Source of the DNA: Nitrospirota bacterium
GTDB taxonomy: Bacteria; Nitrospirota; UBA9217
DNA: 64,000 nucleotides
NCBI GenBank assembly: GCA_963790205.1
Contig: CAWBNQ010000005.1
Span: 160,001 to 224,000, forward strand
Reading direction: 5' to 3'
In this document: piece after piece, positions 30,710 to 39,671 of the stretch
Numbering within the stretch: the first letter of the stretch is position 1
Layout of the letters: every line of letters starts with the position of its first letter
Translations under genes and position numbers: made by a program
The notes under the pieces: model-generated
Told to the model about the DNA's origin: nothing
What the model saw: the letters and a program-made list of their open reading frames with translations, nothing else
Database searches by the model: none

Positions 30710-31555
30710 ATGTCCTATTACGAATTCATCATAAAAATAACAGACCCTTTCAGGGAGACGCTGACCCAACGGCTCACGGACGAGGGCTGCCTCGGCGTGA
30801 TAGAACAGGATGAGACAATTACGGCCTATTTCCCGGAGACCGTTGATATCGGAACGATCACGAATGACCTGTCGCTTTTAAAGGCGCTTTTCGACAAATC
30901 CGATACGGTCCAAAACTTTTCCTTTACCCATACACTGATCCCCGAACAGGACTGGAACGAATCGTGGAAGAAAGGGTTCACGCCCCTTGACGTGGGTGAA
31001 CGCTTCACGATCCTGCCGCCTTGGGAAAAGAGGCGTGAAAGCCGCATCAACCTCATCATCGATCCGGGCATGGCCTTCGGCACCGGGCACCACGAAACCA
31101 CGCGTTCCTGTCTCGTCTTAATGGAGAAATATGCCGGGGCGTGCGCGAAGGAGCGATTTCTCGACCTCGGAGCCGGCACCGGGCTCCTTGCGATCGCCGC
31201 ATCCAAACTCGGATACCGTCATATCGTGGCCGCGGACACCGACCCGCTGGCTATCGAGGCGACACGCATGAACGCCGGGCTCAACCAGGTCGCAAACGTG
31301 GATATCCGCGAAGGAAGCGTCGTCGAAGCCCCCGGACTGTTCGACTGCATCGCCGCGAACATCATTGCAAGCGTTCTTATCCGGCTGGCTCCGGCGCTGT
31401 CCTTGCACCTGAAGCCCGGCGGCATCGCCGTCCTTTCCGGCATTCTCAGGGGGCAGGAAAACGAAGTGATCGAGGCAATGGCACCAACGGGATTGAAACT
31501 CCTTGAGCACTATCGTGATGGGAAATGGGTTTCCCTGGTCTTCGCATCGTCATGA
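30710..31555 (+). CDS. prmA: Ribosomal protein L11 methyltransferase
   Basis: DWNESWK, IDPGMAFGTGHHETT, LDLGAGTG, ANI, LSGIL. Confidence 0.95.
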   Translation: MSYYEFIIKITDPFRETLTQRLTDEGCLGVIEQDETITAYFPETVDIGTITNDLSLLKALFDKSDTVQNFSFTHTLIPEQDWNESWKKGFTPLDVGERFTILPPWEKRRESRINLIIDPGMAFGTGHHETTRSCLVLMEKYAGACAKERFLDLGAGTGLLAIAASKLGYRHIVAADTDPLAIEATRMNAGLNQVANVDIREGSVVEAPGLFDCIAANIIASVLIRLAPALSLHLKPGGIAVLSGILRGQENEVIEAMAPTGLKLLEHYRDGKWVSLVFASS

Positions 31556-31673
31556 GGCCTTGAGTGTTCTCATGCCCCTCCCTCTCCTCCGCCACGCGCA
31601 GTACTCCCGGACCGTTTAAACTGCCGGAACAATACTATTTACATTGCCTTCTCAATCCCCTATAATCCCATTC

Positions 31674-32600
31674 ATGAAATCGCCACGGCGTTCCCTTGAT
31701 CGCCTTATCGTCGGCATCACTTTCCTCATCCTGTTCTCTCCCTCAGCCGCGCTTGCCACGCCGGATTACGCGCGCCAGACCGGCCTCGAGTGCGGCCGGT
31801 GCCACATTGACGCCATCGGCGGCGGTCCGCTGACCCTGGCGGGGAAATCCTTTCTTGCCGACCTGAAGCTCAAGGGCCTCTACCGGCCTCTCACCACGGG
31901 CAGGAAGATCGTGCGTCTCGGCATCGGATATCTTCATCTCATGTCGGCGATCCTCTGGTTCGGTACGATCCTGTACGTGCATCTGCTCCTCAAGCCAGCC
32001 TACGCGTCCAAAGGCCTTCCCAAGGGTGAACTCCGGCTCGGATGGCTCTCGATGGTCGTCGTCCTGATAACGGGCGCGCTCCTGACCGTCGCCAGGGTCC
32101 CGTCCCTTGAAATGTTCTACACCACGAGGTTCGGCGTCCTGTTGAGCGTTAAGATCTTCCTGTTTCTGGTCATGCTGTCGAGCGCGGCAGTCGTGACCCT
32201 TTTCATCGGTCCGAAGCTGAGAAGACAGAAGGCCCTCGCCTCCCCGTTCCAGGACGGCGCCTGCACTCCTGATGGTCTCTGTCAATATGACGGCAGGGAC
32301 GGACGTCCGGCCTATATCGCCTACAAGGGCATCATCTATGATGTAACGAAAAGCAAACTCTGGAAGAACGGCTCGCATGCGACGAAACACGCCGCCGGCA
32401 GGGACCTGACCGCCCTCCTGAAAACCGCTCCTCACGGAGAGGACAAGATCCTCTCCCTCCCCGAGGTGGGAAGGCTGCTCGCGACCGGAGAGAAGGCCGA
32501 TAAACCCTTCCATTTGCGGCTCTTCTACTTCTTTGCATATATGAATCTCGTCCTCGTATTCGTGATCACCTTCGTCATTGCGCTCATGAGATGGTGGTAG
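31674..32600 (+). CDS. Membrane protein: N-terminal CxxCH, CopD-like TM region and cytochrome b5-like domain
   Basis: Signal peptide, CGRCH, four TMs, then YDGRDGRPAYIAYKGIIYDVTKSKLWKNGSH...HAAGRDLT...APHG. Confidence 0.8.
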   Translation: MKSPRRSLDRLIVGITFLILFSPSAALATPDYARQTGLECGRCHIDAIGGGPLTLAGKSFLADLKLKGLYRPLTTGRKIVRLGIGYLHLMSAILWFGTILYVHLLLKPAYASKGLPKGELRLGWLSMVVVLITGALLTVARVPSLEMFYTTRFGVLLSVKIFLFLVMLSSAAVVTLFIGPKLRRQKALASPFQDGACTPDGLCQYDGRDGRPAYIAYKGIIYDVTKSKLWKNGSHATKHAAGRDLTALLKTAPHGEDKILSLPEVGRLLATGEKADKPFHLRLFYFFAYMNLVLVFVITFVIALMRWW

Positions 32601-32769
32601 GCTTTCCTCCGGAAAGAACAGTTAGAACGATTTAAACTGTTTAATCCGTTTAAACGGAACTCTTCCCGCGCATTTCTTCATATGATACCCGTCATAACAC
32701 CATCCCCTGATCCATGGTAGAATATCCACATACTAAAACAGACACCCCCTTTTCCAGAAAGGATGACCT

Positions 32770-33084
32770 ATGGACGTACTCGATCTCAAGAAGCTGATCA
32801 AGTTCAATCCCGACAAGATTTCCCGCGAGATGCTTTCCGACAAGCCGGAGATGCGCGTAGCGCTCATGTGCCTCAAGGCCGGTCAGAAGCTCGACCCCCA
32901 TAAGGCGCCGCTCCGGCTCATGATGTACTGCGTCCAGGGAAAAGGCACCTTCACGGTCGGCGATGAGAAGATCGAAGCGGATGAGAAGACCTGCATTCTC
33001 TGCGACCCCTCGGTCCCGCACGGTTTTGACGCGAACAAAGGCTCGGACCTCGTGGTGCTGGCGATCGTGACGCCGGTGGAATAA
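32770..33084 (+). CDS. Cupin domain protein
   Basis: GQKLDPHKAP...GKGTF...PHGF. Confidence 0.85.
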   Translation: MDVLDLKKLIKFNPDKISREMLSDKPEMRVALMCLKAGQKLDPHKAPLRLMMYCVQGKGTFTVGDEKIEADEKTCILCDPSVPHGFDANKGSDLVVLAIVTPVE

Positions 33085-33332
33085 ATGCCCGCGCGACCCC
33101 GTGTTCCCTAAATCCGGAGTATCCCCGGTGCGCGCTCTCGCACCGACGCCCGCCCTTCTCGTTCATGCGCCCGTTGTCAGACAATCAAACCCGATAGCGG
33201 TCATGGTGCTATGCCATCCAGTCAGCGATGAATGATACGGCCGGGCGCTTGTTTTATTTTTTACAAATGAGCGGACATATGTTATATTGCGCTGTATCGG
33301 GAAAACGTTAGCCAGAGCATGAGGTTGCCAGG

Positions 33333-34109
33333 ATGGATTATCAAACCAGATCAAGCAGGGAAAAATCCCAGTACAACGAAAAGACCCTGAAGCGGGACTC
33401 CATAAATAAATATTTCATCCATGCCAACAGTCTTCTTTACTCCCGGCTTCACGAGGATGCCGGGAAATACATGCATCACTGCAAGGGGAAAAAGACGCTT
33501 GAACTGGGATGTGACGTGTGGAAAATATGGCTCGACAGCCCTGGGATAAGCCCCCGCGAATTGCATTGTATAAACATTTCCGAGGCCGAGCTTGAAACCG
33601 GCTCTCGTATGGCAATGAGCAGCACGGTTAAGCCGACGTTCCACTTGATGGACGCTCACAAGCTGGAATTTCCCGATGAGTGCTTCGATGTCGTCATTGG
33701 CGGCGCGATACTGCACCATCTTGATTTATCCAGAGCTTTACCCGAGATCCGCCGCGTTCTAAAACCCGGCGGCTTTATCATATTTGCGGAGCCCTTAAAT
33801 ATAAATCCTTTGTCGAAAATGATCAGAGGCCTGACGCCGAAAGCCAGGACTCTCGATGAAAAAGCTTTGGGTTTTAAAGAGCTGCGCTCTATCGGCAATT
33901 ATTTCGATATTTCCTTCACTGCATATCAGCTGTTTTCCATTCCGTTAAGCTTTATTTCCATGCTGTTATATGACGAGGCGGGAAATCCTGTAATGCGATT
34001 CGCTGATTTCCTGGATACAAGGATGCAACAGCTGCTCCCTTTTCTCAAATATTACTACCGGTACGCATTAATTACCGGTTACAAGCACTCTCATGGACAC
34101 CGGGAATGA
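33333..34109 (+). CDS. Class I SAM-dependent methyltransferase
   Basis: LELGC, MDAHKLEFPDECFD, ILHHL, LKPGG..FAEP. Confidence 0.85.
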   Translation: MDYQTRSSREKSQYNEKTLKRDSINKYFIHANSLLYSRLHEDAGKYMHHCKGKKTLELGCDVWKIWLDSPGISPRELHCINISEAELETGSRMAMSSTVKPTFHLMDAHKLEFPDECFDVVIGGAILHHLDLSRALPEIRRVLKPGGFIIFAEPLNINPLSKMIRGLTPKARTLDEKALGFKELRSIGNYFDISFTAYQLFSIPLSFISMLLYDEAGNPVMRFADFLDTRMQQLLPFLKYYYRYALITGYKHSHGHRE

Positions 34110-34215
34110 AGCAAGCCCCGCCGATCGCTTCGCAGAGGCGCCAGGGCGCTCTCCCGGGCCTCAGTTTCTGAATAGTAACCCCAACCGGCGCACTATCCTT
34201 GGTGAAAATTAAAAC

Positions 34216-34896
34216 ATGAAGATCAAGGCGATAATTTTCGGAGCCACGGGCATGGTCGGAGAAGGAGTTCTCCGCGTGGCACTGGAGCATCCGGACGTTG
34301 AATCCGTTCTGGTCATAGGCAGAAGATCGTGCGATGTGAAGCACCCCAAGCTGAGGGAATTGCTTCACAAGGATTTTTACGACTATTCGGCCATTGAGGG
34401 ACACCTTGCCGGATATAATGCATGTTTCTTTTGCCTGGGCGTCTCTTCCGTGGGTATGAATGAAAAAGACTACACCCGCGTGACCTTCGACCTGACGATG
34501 GAGGCTGCTAAAACCTTGTCAAGGCTCAACCCCGATATGACCTTCTGTTATGTGTCCGGAGCAGGGACCGACAGCACTGAAAAAGGCCGCATCATGTGGG
34601 CGCGGGTGAAAGGCAGGGTGGAAAACCGTTTGAAGGAACTTCCCTTCAAGTCAGTGTATTTGTTCAGGCCGGGATTCATCAAGCCCATCAAGGGCCTCAG
34701 GCATGGGCACCTGATCTCCAAAGTAGTGGGAATGATGTATCCCCTTTTCAAAGTCATAAGCCCGAAGTATGTATGCACGCTGGAGGGTGTAGGCCTTGCG
34801 ATGATACACGCGGCCAAAGCAGGCCCTTCCAGACAGATCATTGAGAACAGGGACATCGCCCGGCTCGGCGCGACCGAAAGGGGCGGCAAAGCCTGA
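34216..34896 (+). CDS. NAD(P)-binding epimerase/SDR-like protein
   Basis: GATGMVG, CFFCLGVSS, YVSGAGTD, WARVKG, FRPG. Confidence 0.88.
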   Translation: MKIKAIIFGATGMVGEGVLRVALEHPDVESVLVIGRRSCDVKHPKLRELLHKDFYDYSAIEGHLAGYNACFFCLGVSSVGMNEKDYTRVTFDLTMEAAKTLSRLNPDMTFCYVSGAGTDSTEKGRIMWARVKGRVENRLKELPFKSVYLFRPGFIKPIKGLRHGHLISKVVGMMYPLFKVISPKYVCTLEGVGLAMIHAAKAGPSRQIIENRDIARLGATERGGKA

Positions 34897-34969
34897 CCTG
34901 GTTCATAGACAAGCAAGCGTGACACACCCGCTCCGGAGTAGGTAGGCATGTTCAGTTGTACCACCCGTA

Positions 34970-36163
34970 TCATAGATACTTCTCCAGCCGGTCCATCCTG
35001 AAATACAGAAGCAGTTCGACGAAGGACCGCGTGTGCACGGGGTCTTCGTTCATGCCGAAGAGATGCGTCTTGCAATCACAGTCCGATGAGCCGAAGTCCG
35101 GGATGCGCCAATCCGCTATCTTCCCGAGCGCCACTGCGATCTCGCATTCGAGATCATCGCTCGAGCGGACTGGAAGAACAGCGTGAAAATCGGCGGCAGC
35201 CCGCAGATAGTCGATGTGCCAATGATAATTTTTAATGAGTCTTTTATGCCGCTCGATGCGCTTCGTGAGATTTGCTTTGGCGGACCCGACGTAGAGATAA
35301 TATCCTTTTCTGAACTTGACCTCGACCAGGCCGCCGATCGTGATTTCCCGATCACGTTTTAACCTTATAATAAGGATATAACTCCCGCAGTCATGGGCCT
35401 CCTTCGCAACGAGATCCCACGGAATAACGAGGTCTCGTGCCGCGCCCAACAGCATCCCCGGATTCCATTCAACGGAGACGGCCCTTACCATGACACTGTC
35501 CTTTATCGACAGGAGCGTGCGCGAGAACTCGAGGTCCGTGTGGTGTTCAGGCATGAAGTACTCAGCTCTGTGCCAGTGGATGAGAAATACCACGGCGGCT
35601 TTCAATCCCTTTCTTGCAAGACCGGCCAGTTCCAGAAGATGCTTCGTCCCCCGCGCCGTGACGGCATCAGGGAACATGGCGATATGGTTGCCTACGAGGG
35701 TGCAGGATTTGATCTCTACAACGATCTCCTCCCCGTCCCTGCTGACCAGGAAATCGAAGCGGCTGTGCCCGATCGTGATCTCCGGCCTGAGGATGGTCGC
35801 CCCTTCCAGACCGGGTATTCTTCCCTGTTCGATGAGCTGTTGCGCAACGAGGTTGTTTGCGTGAGTATGGAGCATGATCGGGATGCCGTCGCGCTCTACA
35901 GCAACAACCGTGTAATCCGTGCTCCTTTCGGAGGGCTCATTATGCTTGACGAGGGAGAGAACGGCCCCGGGAAAGAAAAGTTCCCAGAGCCTGCCCGGAT
36001 TAGGAAGATATGCCCGTACGGTTTTCCTGTTGACCGTGCAGTGGACAATGAATCGGTTAGGCCTGTCAAGAAATGCGCCTTTATGAATAGCAGGGGAAGA
36101 CGGAGAAGGGCTGAAGAAAGTATTATTGCCGCGGCTTACCATAGATGAACACGGATGCTGCAA
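34970..36163 (-). CDS. sfsA: SfsA nuclease fused to a DUF123/GIY-YIG-like domain (start uncertain)
   Basis: RPNRF, LPNPGRLWEL, SRFDF, EIKS, FPDAVTARG.KHL; then GSYIL..YLYVGSA..HWHIDYL..FGSSDC.C.THL. Confidence 0.88.
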   Translation of the reverse strand: MQHPCSSMVSRGNNTFFSPSPSSPAIHKGAFLDRPNRFIVHCTVNRKTVRAYLPNPGRLWELFFPGAVLSLVKHNEPSERSTDYTVVAVERDGIPIMLHTHANNLVAQQLIEQGRIPGLEGATILRPEITIGHSRFDFLVSRDGEEIVVEIKSCTLVGNHIAMFPDAVTARGTKHLLELAGLARKGLKAAVVFLIHWHRAEYFMPEHHTDLEFSRTLLSIKDSVMVRAVSVEWNPGMLLGAARDLVIPWDLVAKEAHDCGSYILIIRLKRDREITIGGLVEVKFRKGYYLYVGSAKANLTKRIERHKRLIKNYHWHIDYLRAAADFHAVLPVRSSDDLECEIAVALGKIADWRIPDFGSSDCDCKTHLFGMNEDPVHTRSFVELLLYFRMDRLEKYL

Positions 36164-36228
36164 AGTTTCAGGAGAAAAAGCGACACGAAAGCGGAGCTTG
36201 CTGCTCTTGTTGAAGCGGAAATCCTTTA

Positions 36229-36636
36229 TCAGCAGGCGTCGTGTTGTCGCATGACAAAGTCATGCACTTCCGCGAAGACCTCAAACCAATTTGCATCGGC
36301 AACGGATTCGATATTGGCCCCGATGAGGAAAGAACCGTTTTTTTCAACACAATGCTTTATGCGGGCGCCGAAAGAGACTTCTTTTGCCAACAATTGCGCG
36401 ATGGAAATAATGCAATCGACGGAGGAATCTATGTCCAGCCGCACGGCACTCACGAACAAGACCCCGCGCCGGCTGAAATTTCCGATGTCCACATGCTCGA
36501 AAGCATTGCCGGACCTGACTCGCAGCTTGACGTGCTGTTTGTACACGGCAGGCACGTGGTATCGTTCGTCCACCCTCTTTTCATGAGAGTCCCCATCGCG
36601 GTTGGACGTTCGGTGACCTTTTTTCCCATGAGTCAT
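36229..36636 (-). CDS. PilZ-like domain protein
   Basis: EKRVDER (RxxxR) and NFSRRG (D/NxSxxG) motifs; GGAGGAG RBS. Confidence 0.65.
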   Translation of the reverse strand: MTHGKKGHRTSNRDGDSHEKRVDERYHVPAVYKQHVKLRVRSGNAFEHVDIGNFSRRGVLFVSAVRLDIDSSVDCIISIAQLLAKEVSFGARIKHCVEKNGSFLIGANIESVADANWFEVFAEVHDFVMRQHDAC

Positions 36637-36862
36637 GTGCTCCTCCGTGGGGTTATCAAGTACTCCCACTGTATCCTTTTAGCAAACCTCGACAAAAACA
36701 TCAAGTAAAAAAAACGGGGCAAAAGCGCATATCTCCCGTGTCAACTGCGGGGCGCGCGTCGAAGCGCAACAGGGAACCGGGTCAGAGAAAAGGCTTGCTC
36801 CAGCTCAGGTTCAACAAAGCATCGTCACGCAGGAACCGGACATACTGTCCACAGCGAAAAAT

Positions 36863-36895
36863 AAAAAAGCCCTCGGATTATTCCGAGGGCTTTTT
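36863..36895 (-). terminator. Intrinsic terminator after the octaheme cytochrome gene
   Basis: AAAAAGCCCTCGGA-ttat-TCCGAGGGCTTTTT. Confidence 0.88.
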
Positions 36896-36912
36896 GACGC
36901 TCGATCTTTTTT

Positions 36913-38271
36913 CTAATTCGCTGTTGCCCCGCCGTACCGCTGATTGTAGAACTTCTGGATATTCTCGAGCTGTTCCTTGCTGATGCCCTTGATATACCAG
37001 TCATGCCGCTCATTGGGCTCAATGTATTTCTTGGTAATCTCGGCGTAGAGCTCCGGACCGGCCGCTTCCTTCACCTGGGGCAGGAACTCCGTATAAAAGT
37101 TCTTGGCCACCTCGTAGATGCCGTGCCACCAGGCATAATCCGGGCCCATCATGGCCGCGCCGTGACGCGCGCGCCTGCCTTCATGGTGCCACAACTCAAA
37201 ATAGGTCCACTCCAGCTTGTTCGAATAATCATTCGGCTTGAGTTTTCCTTTGTCGATCAGTTCCTGCCGGATCGCGGTGGCCGGTATTGCGAACTTGTCA
37301 TTGTAGAAGTTCACAAAGTTGTCGAACTGATAATAGAAGGCGTCCACAAACGGTGAAGCATGGCAGCTGTTGCAAACGTCCTTCATGTTCTCACGCCTCT
37401 TGTCCGCGTTCTCCAGTTTCTTCGAAACAGGCGGCCGCAAGGTCCAGCTGATCCGCGCGCCCACGTCGTGCGTAACCGGCTGGTTCGGCGTTGCGCCCAT
37501 GTGGCAGGTGACGCAGGTCGGCGCGGCGCTGTAGTCCCTGCCCACGACCCACGAGTCCTTGTGCATATTCATGCGGTCCTTGTTTGCCTCGTAGGCGATA
37601 CCGTGCTTGGACTCCTGGTAGATCTCGATCTGCGGATGGTCGGGTCCGAGATGGCACTTGCCGCAGGTCTCGGGCTCCCGCGCCTGGGCCTTCGAGAAGT
37701 TGTGCCGTTGATGACAGGCCGAGCAGGAGCCCTTGGAGCCGTCGGGATTGATCCGGCCGATGCCGGTGTTGGGCCAGGTGTTTTTGTCGATTTTCCCGTC
37801 AGCGCCGACCTTCACGATTCCGCCATGGCACTGGCGGCACCCTACGGTGACCGCCTCGGGACCGCCGACAACTTCACCGAGGTAATTGTCCAGGGAGTTG
37901 AGAACGTCCTGCGCTTTTGCATGATGGCTCTCGGTCATCTGCTTTTCTTCCTTGGCATGGCATTTTCCGCAGTCCTTGGGGGATACGATGACGTGGATCG
38001 TAAAACCGTTGTGCTCCATCGCGCCGGGGTCGCCCTTCTCAGACTTGTGGCAGGAAACGCAGTCCACACCCTTTTCTGCGTGTTTGCTCAATCTCCACTC
38101 CTGCACGAACGAGGGCGACTGGGCCTCATGACAGCTGATGCATGCCTGGCCTTCCTTTGAAATTTTTACCGCCGCCTTCCCTTTTGCGGCTTCACCCGGT
38201 GTCGTTGAGAGGGTCAGCGCCGCGCCGAACAAGAGTGCCGCCAGAACAATAAACACAGCCTTCGTTCTCAT
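36913..38271 (-). CDS. Octaheme cytochrome c, Hao family (epsilon-Hao-like)
   Basis: Signal peptide; 8 CxxCH motifs (CISCH, CVSCH, CGKCH, CRQCH, CSACH, CGKCH, CVTCH, CNSCH); GPDHPQ.EIY.ESKHG; MMGPDYAWWHG. Confidence 0.9.
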   Translation of the reverse strand: MRTKAVFIVLAALLFGAALTLSTTPGEAAKGKAAVKISKEGQACISCHEAQSPSFVQEWRLSKHAEKGVDCVSCHKSEKGDPGAMEHNGFTIHVIVSPKDCGKCHAKEEKQMTESHHAKAQDVLNSLDNYLGEVVGGPEAVTVGCRQCHGGIVKVGADGKIDKNTWPNTGIGRINPDGSKGSCSACHQRHNFSKAQAREPETCGKCHLGPDHPQIEIYQESKHGIAYEANKDRMNMHKDSWVVGRDYSAAPTCVTCHMGATPNQPVTHDVGARISWTLRPPVSKKLENADKRRENMKDVCNSCHASPFVDAFYYQFDNFVNFYNDKFAIPATAIRQELIDKGKLKPNDYSNKLEWTYFELWHHEGRRARHGAAMMGPDYAWWHGIYEVAKNFYTEFLPQVKEAAGPELYAEITKKYIEPNERHDWYIKGISKEQLENIQKFYNQRYGGATAN

Positions 38272-38296
38272 CTTTGCCTCCTTTGTTTCCCAGGAT

Positions 38297-38842
38297 TTAG
38301 AACCAGTATTCGGGATATTTTCTGTTCTTTGAAAGGTTGTTCACGAGCAGGGCGACGATCAAAAGGATGATCGCCCCGCTGCCAGCGGGAACGACAGAGT
38401 AGAAATAGCCGAGATTGTGCACCTTGGCCCCGCCTATGACGGCGATCAATGCCGTTGCGCCGCCGGGCGGGTGGAGCGTTTTGGTGGCGAGCATGGCGAC
38501 AATGGCGAGCGAAACAGCCATGGCCGCGGCGATCCAGAGCGTGCCGCCGAAGAGCTGATAGCAGGCGACTCCCACAAGACCCGAGAGCATGTGCCCGCCC
38601 ACCAGATTTCGCGGCTGCGCGAGGGGGCTCTTGATCGCGCCGTAGATCAGGACTGCCGAAGCGCCGAAGGAACCGATGAGCAGCGACAGGTCCCTGGGTT
38701 CGAAATAGCTGGACGACAGGAACCCGCATATTCCGATGCCGAGCGCGGAACCGAGCCAGGACCAGGCAAGCTCCCGGATGCCTACGCCCGGCGGGCTCTT
38801 CGCACTTCCCTTCATCTTGGAAATATATTCGGCTATGGTCAT
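38297..38842 (-). CDS. HPP family membrane protein
   Basis: SFGASAVL, SPLAQPRN, LHPPGGATAL. Confidence 0.92.
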   Translation of the reverse strand: MTIAEYISKMKGSAKSPPGVGIRELAWSWLGSALGIGICGFLSSSYFEPRDLSLLIGSFGASAVLIYGAIKSPLAQPRNLVGGHMLSGLVGVACYQLFGGTLWIAAAMAVSLAIVAMLATKTLHPPGGATALIAVIGGAKVHNLGYFYSVVPAGSGAIILLIVALLVNNLSKNRKYPEYWF

Positions 38843-38933
38843 AGGTTATCAGAACAAAGGCGGGGTAGGGAGCATTATCGCCCGCGCCCGGCGGCTTTTG
38901 TTCTCCCTCGTTTTTCGCCCCTCGCGAGCGTAT

Positions 38934-39527
38934 TCATGTCTTCCGTTTTTCTCCCACGGAACGGATAATGTCTCCCCGGGAGATGATCCCCAGGAGCTTT
39001 CCTTCGGGACCAACGACCGGAAGCCTCTTGATGCGGCGCATGTCGAGAACAGCGGCGACCTCTTTAACGTCCGCGTCCGGCTCCGTGGTTACGGGAGGCG
39101 TGCTCATGACATCTGCCACGCGGTCGCCGTCCTTTCTCTTCGGCAGGGACTTTCCGAGCAGGCGCCGCAGAAGGCTCTTTGGCGTTCGTTCTTTTTTCGC
39201 TCCGGCCGGCGAAGGGATATCGGCTTCGGAAATGACGCCGATGACGCGGTCATTTTCATCCACCACGGGCATACCGCTGATCTTGTGCTCGGACAGGAGC
39301 TTCGCCGCTTCATGGACGCTCGTGTCCCCGGTGACACGGAACACCTTGCCGGTCATCACGCTCTGGACCGGTATCATCGTGGAGCGGCGCTCCCGCGCGT
39401 GGCGGACGGCGAGGACATAGATCTTCATCAGGTCCTCCTCCGTAATGTCCACATAGGCCTTGAGCTCCACGAGGGCGGCCCGCAGGTCTTCTTCTGAAAT
39501 TGAAGGACAGGCATTGCAGATTTCCAT
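38934..39527 (-). CDS. CBS domain pair protein
   Basis: VDITEEDL N-terminal segment, two CBS domains (ISGMPVVD, IKRLPVV..GIISRGD); GGAGG RBS before the ATG at 39527. Confidence 0.88.
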   Translation of the reverse strand: MEICNACPSISEEDLRAALVELKAYVDITEEDLMKIYVLAVRHARERRSTMIPVQSVMTGKVFRVTGDTSVHEAAKLLSEHKISGMPVVDENDRVIGVISEADIPSPAGAKKERTPKSLLRRLLGKSLPKRKDGDRVADVMSTPPVTTEPDADVKEVAAVLDMRRIKRLPVVGPEGKLLGIISRGDIIRSVGEKRKT

Positions 39528-39671
39528 AAGCCTCCGGTAAGAACACGGGCGCCAGAGCGCTGAAACGGCTTCGCGGGACAGCGGGCGCCCGAACGGTCTG
39601 TTTCGGAAGATAGTATAACGAAGAACGAAAAGAACCGGTATGACGAAAATCATACCGGGCACGGCATCAGA

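Noticed and set aside
36226..36240. Sec readthrough at Cys-TGA at the end of the PilZ-like gene
   Set aside because: The TGA is immediately followed by TAA.
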